From NCBI GenBank assembly GCA_051362555.1, contig CM120640.1:50880788-50944787 (forward strand): DNA of 64,000 nucleotides, given 5' to 3'. The stretch's first letter is position 1. Each line of letters starts with the position of its first letter. The position numbers and the translations under genes were made by a program. Positions 23,500-36,769 of this stretch are shown here, piece after piece. Under the pieces are notes generated by a model, which saw only the letters and a program-made list of their open reading frames with translations, did no database searches and was not told where the DNA came from. Source of the stretch: Lingula anatina. Its lineage: Eukaryota; Animalia; Brachiopoda.

Positions 23500-23938
23500 C
23501 TCAATCCTGTAGAAGGTGAAATGTTTCAGATTTGGTAGTACAATCCTCGTGCCCCCGTATACAGTAGATGTCTTGTAGACTGCATCTGTGTGGTTGTGAG
23601 GCACCACAGTGCTAGAACTAGTTGGGGAAACAGATGTCACATCCTCTGATGTTTCATTGGTTGGTGGAAGCTGGTCTGAATTCCTTGGAAAAGTCCTTTC
23701 AAATTCTCTTTTATGGCGTCTTGAAATTTTATTGAGTGGATATTCATTTTCTTTGCCCATATTTTCATTAAGCTCCCTTTTGACTTCTTCGAGCAACTTT
23801 TCTAATTTTTCTAGTTCTTTCTTTTTGTAACCTAAATCATCCTTTTCAATTTGGTCTCTAACATAGCGCTGATGAGTTTCTCTTTTCAGTCTCTTTGTTG
23901 TCTCTTCAGTCTCATTCACTTCATTTTGATTCTCGGGC
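23500..23938 (-). CDS. InR: InR exon 13: insert domain with convertase sites, start of FnIII-2b
   Basis: PENQ...KRLKR...RYVR...RRHKR...LPNLKHFTFYRIE. Confidence 0.92.
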
Positions 23939-24176
23939 CTAAAAAACAAGAATATGTACTTTTTAAATATCTGTTAGCTACCAAAGAAACCTGCTTACAA
24001 AGCACCATCAATTTAGCTTCAGCATACAACTATGACAAACAAACCTAATAACACGCTTTTCTTTTTACAAATAATAAAAATACTTAAAGAATAAGTTTAC
24101 AATTTATAACAATTGACAAAAAGCAAAACAATTATCATTAAAATACAATTCAAGCATGGATACTGTATCATCATAC

Positions 24177-24378
24177 CTTTTTATATACACCGCACCATGT
24201 AAGAAGTTCTCAAATTCAATTTGCATGTTTCGATTGCGTTCATCCTCTTTTGTAGCCTTTTCTGACTTGGGACAAGCACAGCAAGTTTCTCTGTCACAAA
24301 CACCAGTGATGTTGGGTTTCTTTTCCTGTTCTGTCTCTTTTTCATTTGTAGTGACATCCAAATGCTGTGCTTGTAATG
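24177..24378 (-). CDS. InR: InR exon 12: insert-domain Cys cluster and alpha-CT helix
   Basis: CCACPK and IEFENFLHGAVYIKR (compare human CCSCPK and TFEDYLHNVVFVPR). Confidence 0.95.
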
Positions 24379-24581
24379 CTGAAAAATTATAAGAGCTTAT
24401 TTGTTTGCAAACTAGGAATATTTGGCACTAGTCCTGCTGGATTATTGATGCTGTAGAAGCAGTGCTTGTGTTGGAGTGCTGGGCCATGATTTACTACTAC
24501 TGTGATACAATGTTCTTTACAATGGGTGTTAGGTACCCACTCCTAAGAAATGTCCGCCAGCCAAGTTTATAAGATACTTAC

Positions 24582-24752
24582 TGTCTATGCAGTAATTCCT
24601 GTCATCGTATTCCTCCTTGTTGATCTCTGCTATTGTCCAATAGACCATGTAATGTGTAACATTGCCATTAGGTTTGTTTGGCGGTTTCCATGTAACTGTC
24701 AGTTCCCCCTCCATGGTGGCTTCCACTTCAACATCAACTGCCGGTGTAGGAG
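24582..24752 (-). CDS. InR: InR exon 11: FnIII-2a
   Basis: PTPAVDV...LTVTWKPPNKPNGNVTHY...DDRNYCID. Confidence 0.95.
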
Positions 24753-25072
24753 CTGAAACCAATTATGCATTGATAATTAACCAACATCAGGGGATAATTA
24801 AACAGAAATGCTCTCACACACAAATCTTCTGGAGAGTGCGATGAATTTTTGTAAAATTGGAAAAAAATATTACCTTGCTGCAATTTTACTAAAATTTTGC
24901 ACAATTTCAATAAAAACATGCAAGAAATAAATGATGTGACTGTAATATCAACCTAAATCTAAAAGCATGCATGCGCGCGTGCGTGTGCAGGTACACTACA
25001 CTGGGTAACAACAATGGGTTATCATCTTTGAAAATCTGTCAAATTATTCCTGGGTATTTTGATGTTACTTAC

Positions 25073-25248
25073 AGTCTGGTCTTGTGGTGAAGTACATAAT
25101 ATTACTAATGGCTCCTTTATCTGCCACAGCAATGGTATAAGTCTGTACATAGACAGCATATAAGGTCCACGGCTTCAGGGGAAAAAGGTATTCCATCAAC
25201 TGGGACTGCATATCATTCAAATTAGGTTCTCTTTCTTTAGTCATCCAG
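25073..25248 (-). CDS. InR: InR exon 10: FnIII-1
   Basis: WMTKERE...LKPWTLYAVYVQTYTIAVADKGAISNIMYFTTRPD. Confidence 0.95.
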
Positions 25249-25426
25249 CTGAAACAATGAACAGTATTACAGTTAGGCACTTTTTTTTATGTTGCCATTG
25301 TTTTTGCTCATCATATGGGTCTAATAATAGTCAATCTAATGTGACAATGCTGTTGTTTTCTCCATTAACTTCAAACAGTGCACTTGTCTAAAATATCAAA
25401 AAATTAACTCTCATGTTAAAACTTAC

Positions 25427-25480
25427 ACATCATCACTGCAGGCATCCCTGCCACTAAGAATGCTCACATTCTTCTCAGAC
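25427..25480 (-). CDS. InR: InR exon 9: FnIII-1 with dimer Cys
   Basis: SEKNVSILSGRDACSDDV. Confidence 0.93.
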
Positions 25481-26054
25481 CTGTAAAAAAGATAATTAAA
25501 TATAAATATATATAAAATTAAATATTAATATAATCAATAATTTTTTGATAATTTCGATACAAGCACTTTCCAGGACCACATATATCATTCTAAAAATACA
25601 AAGGCACTAAAGTTAAATGAAATTTAATTCTATTATGGAACAATTTAGTCTACTTGAGATGTCACATCTCCCTTGTGAAACTTCAAGAGATGCACTGTCT
25701 CAACTAGACTAAATGTTAAGCCCAGTAACAGATTAAAAAATTAACTTAAAAAAAAATACAACAGGATGGTAAATCTATATCCTATTATACAAAAGTGCTA
25801 GTAACAAACAATAACATTAGTTTAACATAGGTCAAAGTGAAATTAAGCACCATTTTAGAACATCAGAAGAGAAAATGCCTTCAAAAATAGTATGCCTAAA
25901 GTTTCAGGCCTACCATATAATTACCTATAAAAACTAGCATACTGTCACAAACTTCTAGAGAACAATATCCTTAATCACAATCATTTAAAATCAGAGTTAC
26001 CAGCTGTTACTTTAAGAGATATATATATGTATATTGCCCAAACAGTTTACTCAC

Positions 26055-26181
26055 GTTTCTCTATAGTTGATGACGTAGGATAAAAGTGTGCGTGGATCAC
26101 TAGGCTTGAAGTTATCAAATTTTATGACAGCTGCCACAGTTGCTGTTTTAACTAACTCAATAGCCATACGCTGGACAGAGC
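26055..26181 (-). CDS. InR: InR exon 8: FnIII-1
   Basis: CSVQRMAIEL...KPSDPRTLLSYVINYRET. Confidence 0.92.
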
Positions 26182-26445
26182 CTAGGTAAGTTTGCAATTA
26201 ATAAGGCACAGCATTATCCACTGATCATGCTAGCGATGACATTGCACAGAATAGGGAATATGTCAATTTTAATGCAATATTACATAATGTTTAACTGAAT
26301 TATCAATCCAATTCTTCATTATATAATAATATTAATCTAAAAAAATAAAAACATTATTAGAACATTTTAATACAAGTATCAGAAAAAAGCATCATGAATT
26401 AAAATATCCCTGGATATCAAGTGATCATTCCTTTTTGCTACTTAC

Positions 26446-26666
26446 ATGTAGCCTGATCTCCATTAGAACTTAACGAAATGTCCACCTCATCCATGGAGAC
26501 ATTGGTGCCAAATGTGATGGAATCCTTCAACTCATTGATCTTACTTAGACACAGCCGTCTGTTGAAGTGGAAGAACATTTTTCCTTTGTCCACAGTCAAT
26601 TTTGGATGAAGAGTTGTATTCCATATTTCACGGAGGTTCTGGTTGTCCAGAATGTAGAGGGCATAC
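26446..26666 (-). CDS. InR: InR exon 7: L2 domain
   Basis: YALYILDNQNLREIW...GKMFFHFNRRLCLSKI...SNGDQAT. Confidence 0.96.
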
Positions 26667-26789
26667 CTACACATAATGAACAGACTGGTTAGAGCAAATT
26701 AAGGGGAATGAGTTCAATCTAACATGACAAAATATGAATCATAACAAGACAAAAAGGTTTGTACACTTACAATATTTTAAAAAACTTAC

Positions 26790-26937
26790 TTATCATTCTT
26801 TAGTGTGTTTCCTCTTATTCTTTTCAAGCTTCTCAGAATATCAAGAGAGTACAAGGCATAGGAATGGGAAACCTGCAGTGATCCTGTTATTTCCTCTATC
26901 ATCCCTAGGCCCTCTTCCAAATATGTGGCTATATTTT
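26790..26937 (-). CDS. InR: InR exon 6: L2 domain
   Basis: NIATYLEEGLGMIEEITGSLQVSHSYALYSLDILRSLKRIRGNTLKND. Confidence 0.95.
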
Positions 26938-27006
26938 CTGTAAACAGAAAATCTCTTTTAAGCATAACAGACTAATTTCACCATATCACGGATTTGATTG
27001 GACTAT

Positions 27007-27116
27007 TGTATTCAAGATTGTTTTCTTTAGAAATTGCAGGCAGTATATCTAATTTATTACAATATATGTATTCAGGATTTTCCTTAGAAAATGCAGACAG
27101 TATATCTAATTTATTA
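27007..27116. repeat. ~60-bp degenerate tandem duplication
   Basis: tgtattcaRgatt...ttagaaaWtgcagRcagtatatctaatttatt occurs twice. Confidence 0.75.
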
Positions 27117-27248
27117 TTTTCTTTTAATATCTCTATTTGTGACATCATAAGAGGTTTTTAGGACTACTCTCTGCTATATTCTTTCCACAATTTCATTGAT
27201 TTTCTTTTTACAATATTTCTTTAACAAGTTGGAGTTTCAAGCACTTAC

Positions 27249-27347
27249 TTCCACCCATGACATTTAAAGTGAGATCTCCATTTATAATAGTACATCCTTT
27301 AAGTCTCTCAGCATCTGACACACTGTTCACTCCAGCCTGTGTACATT
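27249..27347 (-). CDS. InR: InR exon 5: start of L2
   Basis: ECTQAGVNSVSDAERLKGCTIINGDLTLNVMGG. Confidence 0.95.
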
Positions 27348-27644
27348 CTGAAATAGCATAAAGTAATTTTCATTATTCTTTCAGCAAATACATATGATAG
27401 TCATAACTAATTTGAATTCCTATACTTTTTGTCAACTATGGTGCCAAAGCAAAGGATTTTAAGTTCTGGGGTTTCACAAGATCAAACAGTTAAATTAATA
27501 CTGCTTAAGTATGTTCTCATCAGTTGTTTGACCAAGGTTTTGACTAAGAGCCATAATTAATCATTTATTAGTACAGTTTGTTTTTATTATAAATCTCATC
27601 ACCTCTGATAACAACACCACAAAAATTGGAAAGAATTCTCTTAC

Positions 27645-27825
27645 CTTTAGGACACTTCCCTGGACATTGTATACACCTGTAGGGATCCTGCGGGTCGGTT
27701 ATAAAACCAACAGGACATTCACGTATGCATTTCCCATCATGCATTTTCCAATTTATTTTACGTATACCGTAACGGTCTCCAAAGCTCTTACACTCATATA
27801 TATTGATGCACCGCCTGCCTTCATA
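27645..27825 (-). CDS. InR: InR exon 4: furin-like Cys-rich domain
   Basis: YEGRRCINIYEC...GKCIRECPVGF...CIQCPGKCPK. Confidence 0.95.
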
Positions 27826-28081
27826 CTGAAATGAGATGAATAAGTAACATGAAAATTCTCTTGGTGATTTTCAATATATTGCCCTGAACTTAGTATTAGG
27901 TAATCCTTCAATGTTTACTAGAGGAGCAGAACAAAACAAAGATCCTAATCTTTAAAGTGATTCATCAGTAACTGAGAGGGGATATACAAGCTGAAATGGC
28001 CTTAACATTTTCCTTGGCAATCACCAAATTTGACTTGCATTATTAATGACTCAGCAAAAATTGTACTAGAAAATGTTTAAT

Positions 28082-28890
28082 AAACAAGGCAGCAAAGCTG
28101 TCAAATGTACAGACAAAAAGCAGAAAATAATAATTCACAAAATAGAATACTGTCAATTCTGATGCAATAATACATTATACTTAACTGCAAAGTCAACTTC
28201 AAATTTTAATTATGCACAACAGGTAATACCGATGAAAGTAAAGCATAAGGTTTCAGGCCCATGAGAGTTAAAGTACACACTTAGAAAATGCCAGATTGAG
28301 AAAAATGAAAATTTTACAAAAAAAAAAAAAAGCATTAAACCAATAAAAATGATAATCCAATAGAGCTGGTTTTCTTATTTGATCTGTATGTCAAGAAGAG
28401 TAAGTGACATGATTTTTCTTTAATGGTCACTATGAAGGCAGTGCCTAAATTGGGATTTCTTCAAATTTGATGCAATATTACATAATGCATAACAGCATAA
28501 TGGCCATCAATTATTAATAATAAACACTTATTTACAAGAAAAGGTATAACTTCACCCAAAATTAACCGATCAAGCTTATTTTCGAACTCAATCCGTATTT
28601 CAGTAAGACTGATAACTCATGTGAATTTCAAGACAATTGGCCAATCGATTTTCCTTGAAATGTGTTATCGGTGCTGCATACATGCTGAAAAAATTAAAAA
28701 ATAGCATAACTTCCATAAAAATGGCCCGATCACGCTGATTTTTGAACTTGACCTGCGTATTATGAATACTCATCAGTTCTGTTTCAAGCCAAAAGGTAAA
28801 ACGGTTTTTCACTTATCGTGTTATCGGTGAAAGTGCATGGCGACGACGACGATGACGACAGACGCAGGTGACACCTATATGACATGTTTA
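28082..28890. mobile_element. HINE-like dispersed repeat, copy 2
   Basis: Shares its 5' end with 21177 and 42281. Its 3' part (tgaaagtgcatggcgacgacg...gacagacgcaggtga) matches 42947-43005. Confidence 0.65.
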
Positions 28891-29172
28891 AAGCACTTTC
28901 CTGTCAAAAGACAATAGGTCGCGCCATGCTTTATTTTGTGTAAAGTCACGTCATCCACGCACCAGTGCACAGGGTTAATTACTCGTGCTTTAAGCCAGAT
29001 AAAACCTTCGCCTCGCCAATTATCTGCTCAATTTCGTGTAAAGCTCAGCGCCTTGTACTTTATCTATACCATAAAAACATGTACTGACGAACAGAGGCAC
29101 ACTTTAAGAAGTCACGGCTCACTGGACTGCACTGGACTGGTATTACAATGGCACCAATTTAAAATGATTTAC

Positions 29173-29351
29173 CTCTAGTAAGCCTTGGCCACATTTGGCT
29201 ACACAGGTGCCTCTTATGTTGACATGTTTGCATGCAGCACACTGGTGAAGAGCGCTACCATTGCAGGTCCCCAGGCACTCCCGATGACAACACTTGGGTT
29301 GGTTGGAGCCGGGTGGGTAGTAACAGGCATCACGGCAATTATCTGGGCAGA
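29173..29351 (-). CDS. InR: InR exon 3: furin-like Cys-rich domain
   Basis: ICPDNCRDAC...KCCHRECLGTC...CAACKH...CVAKCGQGLLE. Confidence 0.95.
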
Positions 29352-30348
29352 CTAAAAGAAAAAATAATTACTGTTTAGTCAAGAAATCTGAAACCAGATT
29401 GTGTTAAAAGAAAAATTCAGATATTGAGTTTATGTTTATGCCTTGTATGGGGAAAAATAACTGTTTTTTTTCTTCCTTTCTTCCATACTGCATTAAAATG
29501 CAAAATAAACACATTAGATTTTTAGGGCCAGAATATGCAATAATGCCAAATGATACTTAAAAACTCCTTCTAAAACTCTTACTTGCTTTATTCTCATTCT
29601 CTTGTGTTTTCTAAAATTGCTTCAAAGGCAAAAGAAAACAATACCATGTTTTCCAGTCAATCCCATCATCTCAGTATGTAGAAATTCAAGTCTTTTGTGT
29701 TTTCTCTACTGATTAAATTTGGGTGAAGGCTTAAAGATGCATACAAAGTCAATTTTTTGTCACAAAAACCAACCAAATGCCAGCATATAGTTTCAAGTAG
29801 TATAACTAAGAGAATTACCAAAAGGCATTGTTTAATTTTACCCGAAAATGATGTTTGAACAGATTTTTCTGCCGGCATTCTAAGCTGTATGTCAATGGGG
29901 CAGGAAAGTAGGTCACGGAAGTAGGTTAAATTTACAACCATAAATTTAAAAAAGGAGCAGTCTAAAGGTCTTTTATGGCTGATAGAGTGATCTATTCAGT
30001 TTATCCCTTGACATGTCGAATTTATATGAGTCATATGAGAATCTAGTAGAAGTGGTTTACATGTGTTACTTGGAATCCACACTCCACCGATGCTCGGTTC
30101 GTATGTACCTTTAATAAAAAAGAAATCTGAGAAATGATTTACTGTTTCAAAAATGTGCTGCCTTATTGCCTTGGAAGTATGATAAATTATCCCACCAGCA
30201 CCGTGGTTTCTGTTTTAACAAGTTGTATCAATCTTATTGTGCATTCCTGCTAAAAATGTGAGGAATATAATGGATTGCTTGTTGACAACTGTAGTTTGCT
30301 TTCTGCTTTTACTGCTGTTGGCTGTAGCAGAAGAATATGCTTATTTTT

Positions 30349-30383
<35 letters not shown>

Positions 30384-33300
30384 ATTTGATAACCCCATTG
30401 GCTAACTGAGAAAAGTTGTAAACATATCCGTGGGCTATACAGGGTGTAGTTTATAAGTTAAAAGAAAAAAAGGATGCTGTCCTTAAGGGATTCATTTTCC
30501 AACAAACTACCTTGAAATGCTTACATCAAAATAATTGTAATGATTTAAATTAAATCCTCTTTATGCTACCAAAAATTTGACATTTCATTAAAAAAAGAAA
30601 AAAGAGAAATGAATGTTTCAATTAACGCTACTTTAGTCCTTCCTGCTACACTTTTAAGAATGCCCTTCCTTCGCATAACATTCAACAAGACATGCGTATG
30701 CATACTAATAACATACCCTTTGCTTTTATATAACAGAAATATTCTGATCAGGAAATATTGTGGCTGTTATTCCTTCTCCAACATTACATAAAGACAATAT
30801 TATTACATTGTTTTTATGTAACAAGTCATGGCACACACACACATGCGCACACATGCAATGATAATGTGCAGTTCACACCCACAACATTCAGAGATCAATA
30901 ACACTTCACCTATTAAGCCCTTGTTTGCATTACCCTTAACATATTTCTACCTTGACCTACAATGCATTCACAAGACTTAATATTCTGTCTGTTTTCAGAA
31001 AAACAAGTCACTGCTGACATCTGGTGGCCAAATTAATATGCCTGCAGCAATCATGAATCGATATACTATTTCATCTACCTTGATTTTCTAAATCAGGTGT
31101 TCATTGAAATTAAGTGACAATCCATTAAATAAATTTAACTACAACTCTTTGTTTAGTAAATCAAGTTAACAAACATTAATATCATATGGTTAAACTCAAT
31201 GATGCCAAACCTTAGATTATATAACTGATGACATTTTGATGTTTGTGACAGGTATGACAAACAGCCGTATACATCTTCTTACCTGCTCACTACTACAGAA
31301 TGCACTAGATATTAGTGTTCATCTTGAAGGTTCTCTTTGTTACCAAACTCATTATAAAGTAAATATTCAAAAGTAAATAAATTACAAACAAAAATGACTA
31401 TTCACAGACCACATCTTTTGTAGAGTTAATATTTTTTTTAACATCAAGAAATAACCTAGGGCACTTACAGGTAATTGTTTTCAACTCATTACTCATCCAA
31501 AACTGCTGTAAATTTTGTGTTTAATTTCCCTACTCAATTATCATCTACCAGTTAATTAAAAAGTCCCAAATGAAACATTTACTGCCAAAGGCAAATACTC
31601 AGTAATAGGCAATCCAAGGATCAAAATAATTGTGCTTTCATGTGTGAGCATAAAAAATGTTGCTGTATGTCAGAGGGACAATGTGTTAGTTTTTGCCCCA
31701 AAAAAGGAAAAAATTCCTGACATCCAAATGTTTTAAGTACTAACTGAGCATCGTTCTATAATTTTTTTTTCTATTTTTATTTTAAAGATAACATTTTTCT
31801 CCACTTGGCTTAATTCAAATGAACAGACACATGCACCAAATCTAATTTTGGGCAGGGTGATCATTTCAGAAGGGAGCCTCCCGAGTGTCTTTGGACAGTA
31901 ACAGTGGCTACATTACATGGAAATGGGGATATATATAAGGCAATGACAATGTGAAATGGTGCCCCTTTAACACATATGATACCCATGCCTCATAAGCGAT
32001 AATTGCCATTTGCTATCACGAGCTTTAGATGTGGGAGCACGACTGCCCAAATTTACAACTTGAACCATGAATTAAGTGCCTGAATGTAAAATAAGTAGCT
32101 ACGAGCATGGTATCAGAGTGCACAAAAGATTTGACCAGCTTACATCCGAGTCTCTGATTGTACACTTAAAGGGGTTCTTTTCCTCAACCCAGGACTATTT
32201 TCAATATGGTGGAAGACAGCGATTTAGACCTGTCAGAGATTCCTTGTCAAAAAAGAGTGATGTTTTCTCCTTTTTCTACTTCTTTGACAAAAGAGAAAGG
32301 AGTCTTGCCACCTATTCATTATGATACATAAAAAGTCTCAAAACAAAGAAAAAACTAGTTTCAGACCTGTTCGACTTAGGGACATATCCCAATCTCCCTA
32401 TTCAGACTAAAGATCTCCTGATCTATTACCAATCTATCTTTCCTTTCGTTAAAATGTGCAATGTTTCTAAGACCTGATTCTGAAAATGCAAGCTATTTAC
32501 TAATACCATATCAGAGACCTTTTTCATAAAAAAAATTTAAGTTGAAAGATTTTTGTCTTTAAGTTAATATGTGAAATAAGATCCAGATGACAAAAAGATT
32601 ACTAGTAATTAAAATGAACCCGTGAATGATAGCACAAGTTCCTTAACTATCTCATCTAAAAGTGTCCAGTCTCACATTTAGGTAAAGCATCTGCCATTAA
32701 AGGAATGAATGCCACTTGCATCAAAACATACCAAATGTTTCACCACTCTTTTCTCCATGTCAACAAGCTAACTCATGGCATGTACTAAAAAACCCAAGCT
32801 TAATGGGGGAAAAAAAAAAGGAAATTAATTAGTTACCTGAAAAATGGCACATCTGAGTACAACATTATGTCCAGAGAGGTGCGGCCACCTCGAGCGTATA
32901 CACCAAAAATTTATTTTCAACTAAAAAATTTGAAAGAAATACAAGGGTATATCACTTTAAGATTTTGATCACTTCTGATCAAAATAAGACTTATATGATG
33001 CAAATTTAGAAAATATTATCTAATTTTAGCTAATTTTTTTTCCAATTAACAAATATTCTTAGAAATACTGTTTCATAGCTGTTTTATTTTTTTCAAAGGT
33101 CTGATGTTACTTTAGTAGTTATTATGTGATAGGGTTCTGGAATAAATATTATGTGACATTGTCTACAGCAACAGTTGCAATAAAGGGGTTACTAATAGAA
33201 AGTACTGGGGTGGGTTTCACAAAGGATTTAGCATGAAAATTGGTCTAAACTTTTAGACCAAAATTTTAGCCTACTTTGACTAAAGATAAATCAGTAGTAG

Positions 33301-33604
33301 GCCAATAAATGAAACACTGCAACAGTTTATAACAAATAAAAAAATCATTCCCATGGTCCCTCATGTACCAATGATAACAGTTAACATGAATGAATTCTGC
33401 ACTCTGGAAATAGATCCTGACAGGAGTGTCCCTTGTTAAGTTCCAGGAAATTGGTACTATCTTCAGCAGGATGTCCATTGAAATGGTAATCTATCGACAA
33501 GAAAAGAGCCGAGTGCTTGCTAATCATTTTATCAAGTTTTATTGTTTTAGCTAGGTGATGAGACTACCTTTAAACCCCCGCAATTTTCCATCAAACTATC
33601 ATTA

Positions 33605-35510
33605 CGGTAATATGCCAAACAATTCGACCAAGATTAATTAATTAATTTCATGGAAATGTCAGTTTGGTCGAATTGATTAAAATACAGCAAATGGAAACCT
33701 TTGATATCGTCGGATTGTTAGGGGTATCTGCCAAAACGTCCATCTTTCCGGAAGTATTGCATTTTACCGGAAGTGTTACGCAAGATAAGCCGCAATTTTC
33801 GCCTAACACGTGTTTCAGGCTTGTTTTATCCTCCTTTTAAAATCTTATTTTGCTGTGTACAATATGTGCTAACATTACTTAACATTAAAAAAGACGACAA
33901 TAATAATTTCTAATTATATATTTCCCTCACCTACGATCATTTTCATGATGCGCTTCAAGAGTGGGACGGGTATTTCCCCAGAGGCGGGTGTTGTAAACAA
34001 AGGCCGGTCACTTATATTTGAAACCGGTAGCTTTAGTAGACTTAAACTAGTTATGTGATCTACGTTCGCCCTATTTGTATTTTAATATGACAACTGAAAT
34101 CAACCGAATTGAAATTTTTTACCAGTCTGAGATCAGTTGTTTTCAACCCGCAAGGCTTGCTCAGCGTCGAGGCATAGATGTACTTCCGAAGAAAATTCAA
34201 TCACCCGTATCAAAGAATACCAACTGGCACTCAAACGGAATTCAGTGTAACTTCAAATTACTTATAAGTATTTTATTTAAAAAGCATGTCATATTAAAAC
34301 ATATTGAGAAAAGGCAAAATACGGAGCCTACCTGTGCCGATAGACATACAGTAGGCCTATCTTGCTGGCACTCTTCCGATTTTCTTACTTATATACTCTC
34401 GCTGTGCACAAACCACGGTGCATATTGAAAACCCCACTGATACAACCCGAACGTAAAATAAGCATTTAATTGCCATAATTTTCACAAAACAAGTGCATTT
34501 ATAATTTGACGCGAGAATTGAGCACATGCAGAAATGAGACAGGTCTTAACTGGTCTGGTCCAGCATAGCGCAAACCACATGTTAATGAAGACGGTCCCAT
34601 TTTGGGGGAGGGGGGTCACAGGAATGGAGTTCTTCGTGGATTACGCTAAATATCATCAACATTTCATGCATCTGGGGAAATAAAAAGTGACTCACAGGTA
34701 ACGTAAATATCCAGTGGAACTCTCTATGAAGCTCTCATGGAGTTAAGGAAGACGTCATTTTTATTGTTGACAAATCAGTTACCCATGTAGGTGAACAGCT
34801 ACACGTATTCGTCAGATTTTGACAGCGCGTGGTATTTGGCGCCAAGAAGTCTGGGCGGTCGATCCCGCTGATCTTTCGGTCGATTGAAGTAAATGTAAGA
34901 TCTTGCGGTGTTGACTTCAAGAATGTTTCTCCATCTGCATATATATATTTCAATCAAACTTGAAAATAAATTGCTTATTCTTTCCAAACTTTTTATTGCT
35001 AGCAAACGCTACATATGGTCTTTATGAAGGTGTTTTTGACGTATTCTAACCACTGTCGATATTTGGTTTCATCCAGAATGGACCTTTTTTAAACCCCCCC
35101 CCCCCCCACCTTCCCCAGTTACGGGCGTGATGAATCAGTCAGCGAGGGCAAGTCTGCTTAATTAGCACAAATTGTATGTCTATAACACTATTTTGTCATC
35201 TGGGACAAAGGAAATGACAGGTACGTCATGCTTCCAGATTAGATCTTCACTTAATAGTTTCTTCCTCATTGACGAGAGCTATTGAAAGGACAACAATTGA
35301 CAAAGGGCCCGGCATGCAGCATCTATATGACTGGCTTGAAAATTTACCGAGTCTTGCCGACGATGTGGTCGAACAATCGGAACAAGTAAAAAATTCTGTC
35401 GCATGATTTTGACGTATGGACTAAATGTTTGAGCCCAGAAAAATTAATTTTATAAAATAATTTTTATGGTCGGATTGACTGGGCCCGTCGAAATGCTTGG
35501 CACATTACCG
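33605..35510. mobile_element. 1.9-kb DNA transposon remnant with TA target-site duplication
   Basis: TA-cggtaatatgccaaacaattcgac ... gtcgaaatgcttggcacattaccg-TA. The interior is CpG-richer than the flanking intron and holds broken ORF fragments. Confidence 0.7.
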
Positions 35511-36235
35511 TATGACATTTTATGAAAGTAAAAAGGAACAAGTTAAAATTATTAATTATATTTCATAATGCTACTAGTTAGTTGAAGACATTGTGTGCGA
35601 GTAAAATAATTGATGAGTGATTTTGATATTAATAAAACACATTTTTTTATATAAAAAAACAAGACAGCTTCAAGCCTTGGGAGTGAAAAGTATCTTTCAG
35701 AAATCCATGGAGATACCTTATTTTATAGTCTATGATTACTTATTTCAGTTTAAGTGCCCCTTAAATCATAGGCAAGGCCATTAAAAACCTTGTTTACTCC
35801 ACAGGAATAGTTGTAAATTTTTATCAAAACTATCCCTTTGCTAAAACAAATGGTGAAATAATATATAACAAAGTACCCTACATATTGGGTTTACCTTGAT
35901 GTGGAACTATTAAACATAGCCTAATCTAAATGAATCTAAGCTTATTGGTACATTACCAAATAACCACATAGCACCTGCAAAATAACAGACATAGTTTCCA
36001 GCAAATTTTTGAAGATTTATTATGAACTAGATCAGTTCCCACATGGAAAATTTTAACTTTGTTGATTTTTTTCTGATAACAACGCTAACTTATCTGGATG
36101 GGTATCTTGTGTTTCATAAAAAATACATTCAAGAAATATTATTTACAAAAATAAGGTCAGAATCTTTTTGTCAGTAAGATATTAAATCATCATAAATGTT
36201 TAAATCTGACATATAAATTGAAAATCTTCACCTAC

Positions 36236-36769
36236 TTTTTTGACAATCTCTCTTGGTCCAACAGTGCTTCACAACTTTTCCATCATTCTCTTCTGTAGGA
36301 CACCGGCCAGGGCAGTCAGCTTCTGCTGGACAATTGTCGCTGGTTGGATTATTTCTGAAGTGGTGAATTCCATTTGGGGCTATTTTGTTCCAGTCTACAG
36401 TCTTTAAAAAACAAAGCTTTGGATTGTCTTCAAAACGTACTGCACCTCTGGTGATGGTAGTTAGACTAACAAGCCCTACCTCTTCCAGTCCAAACATTTC
36501 ATATCCAACCAGAGCATAGTCAAAAAATAATTTCTTCCCACGGATGACAGTTAAATTTGGAAAAATATTTCTTAATGTCCTCATTCCATTCACTCTGTAG
36601 AGTAATACATAGTCTGTCACTTCTACTAGCTTTGGAAAATGCAACTTTTCGAAATCTTCTGGATTTCCATCAATCAGTAAAATCTGCAAGTATCCCTCTA
36701 TGACTGTACAGTTTTCTAGACTCTTTTGGAACATGGACACATTGTTGCGAATATCAACACTCTTGCAGA
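36236..36769 (-). CDS. InR: InR exon 2: L1 domain
   Basis: CKSVDIRNN...LENCTVIEGYLQILLI...FPKLVEVTDYVLLYRV...FPNLTVIRG...CWTKRDCQK. Confidence 0.97.

Noticed and set aside
20140-24844. Several plus-strand ORFs opposite InR exons
   Set aside because: Antisense shadows of real minus-strand exons.
32877-32892. Small palindrome gaggtgcggccacctc, possibly a transposon terminus
   Set aside because: I found no matching opposite terminus or target-site duplication.
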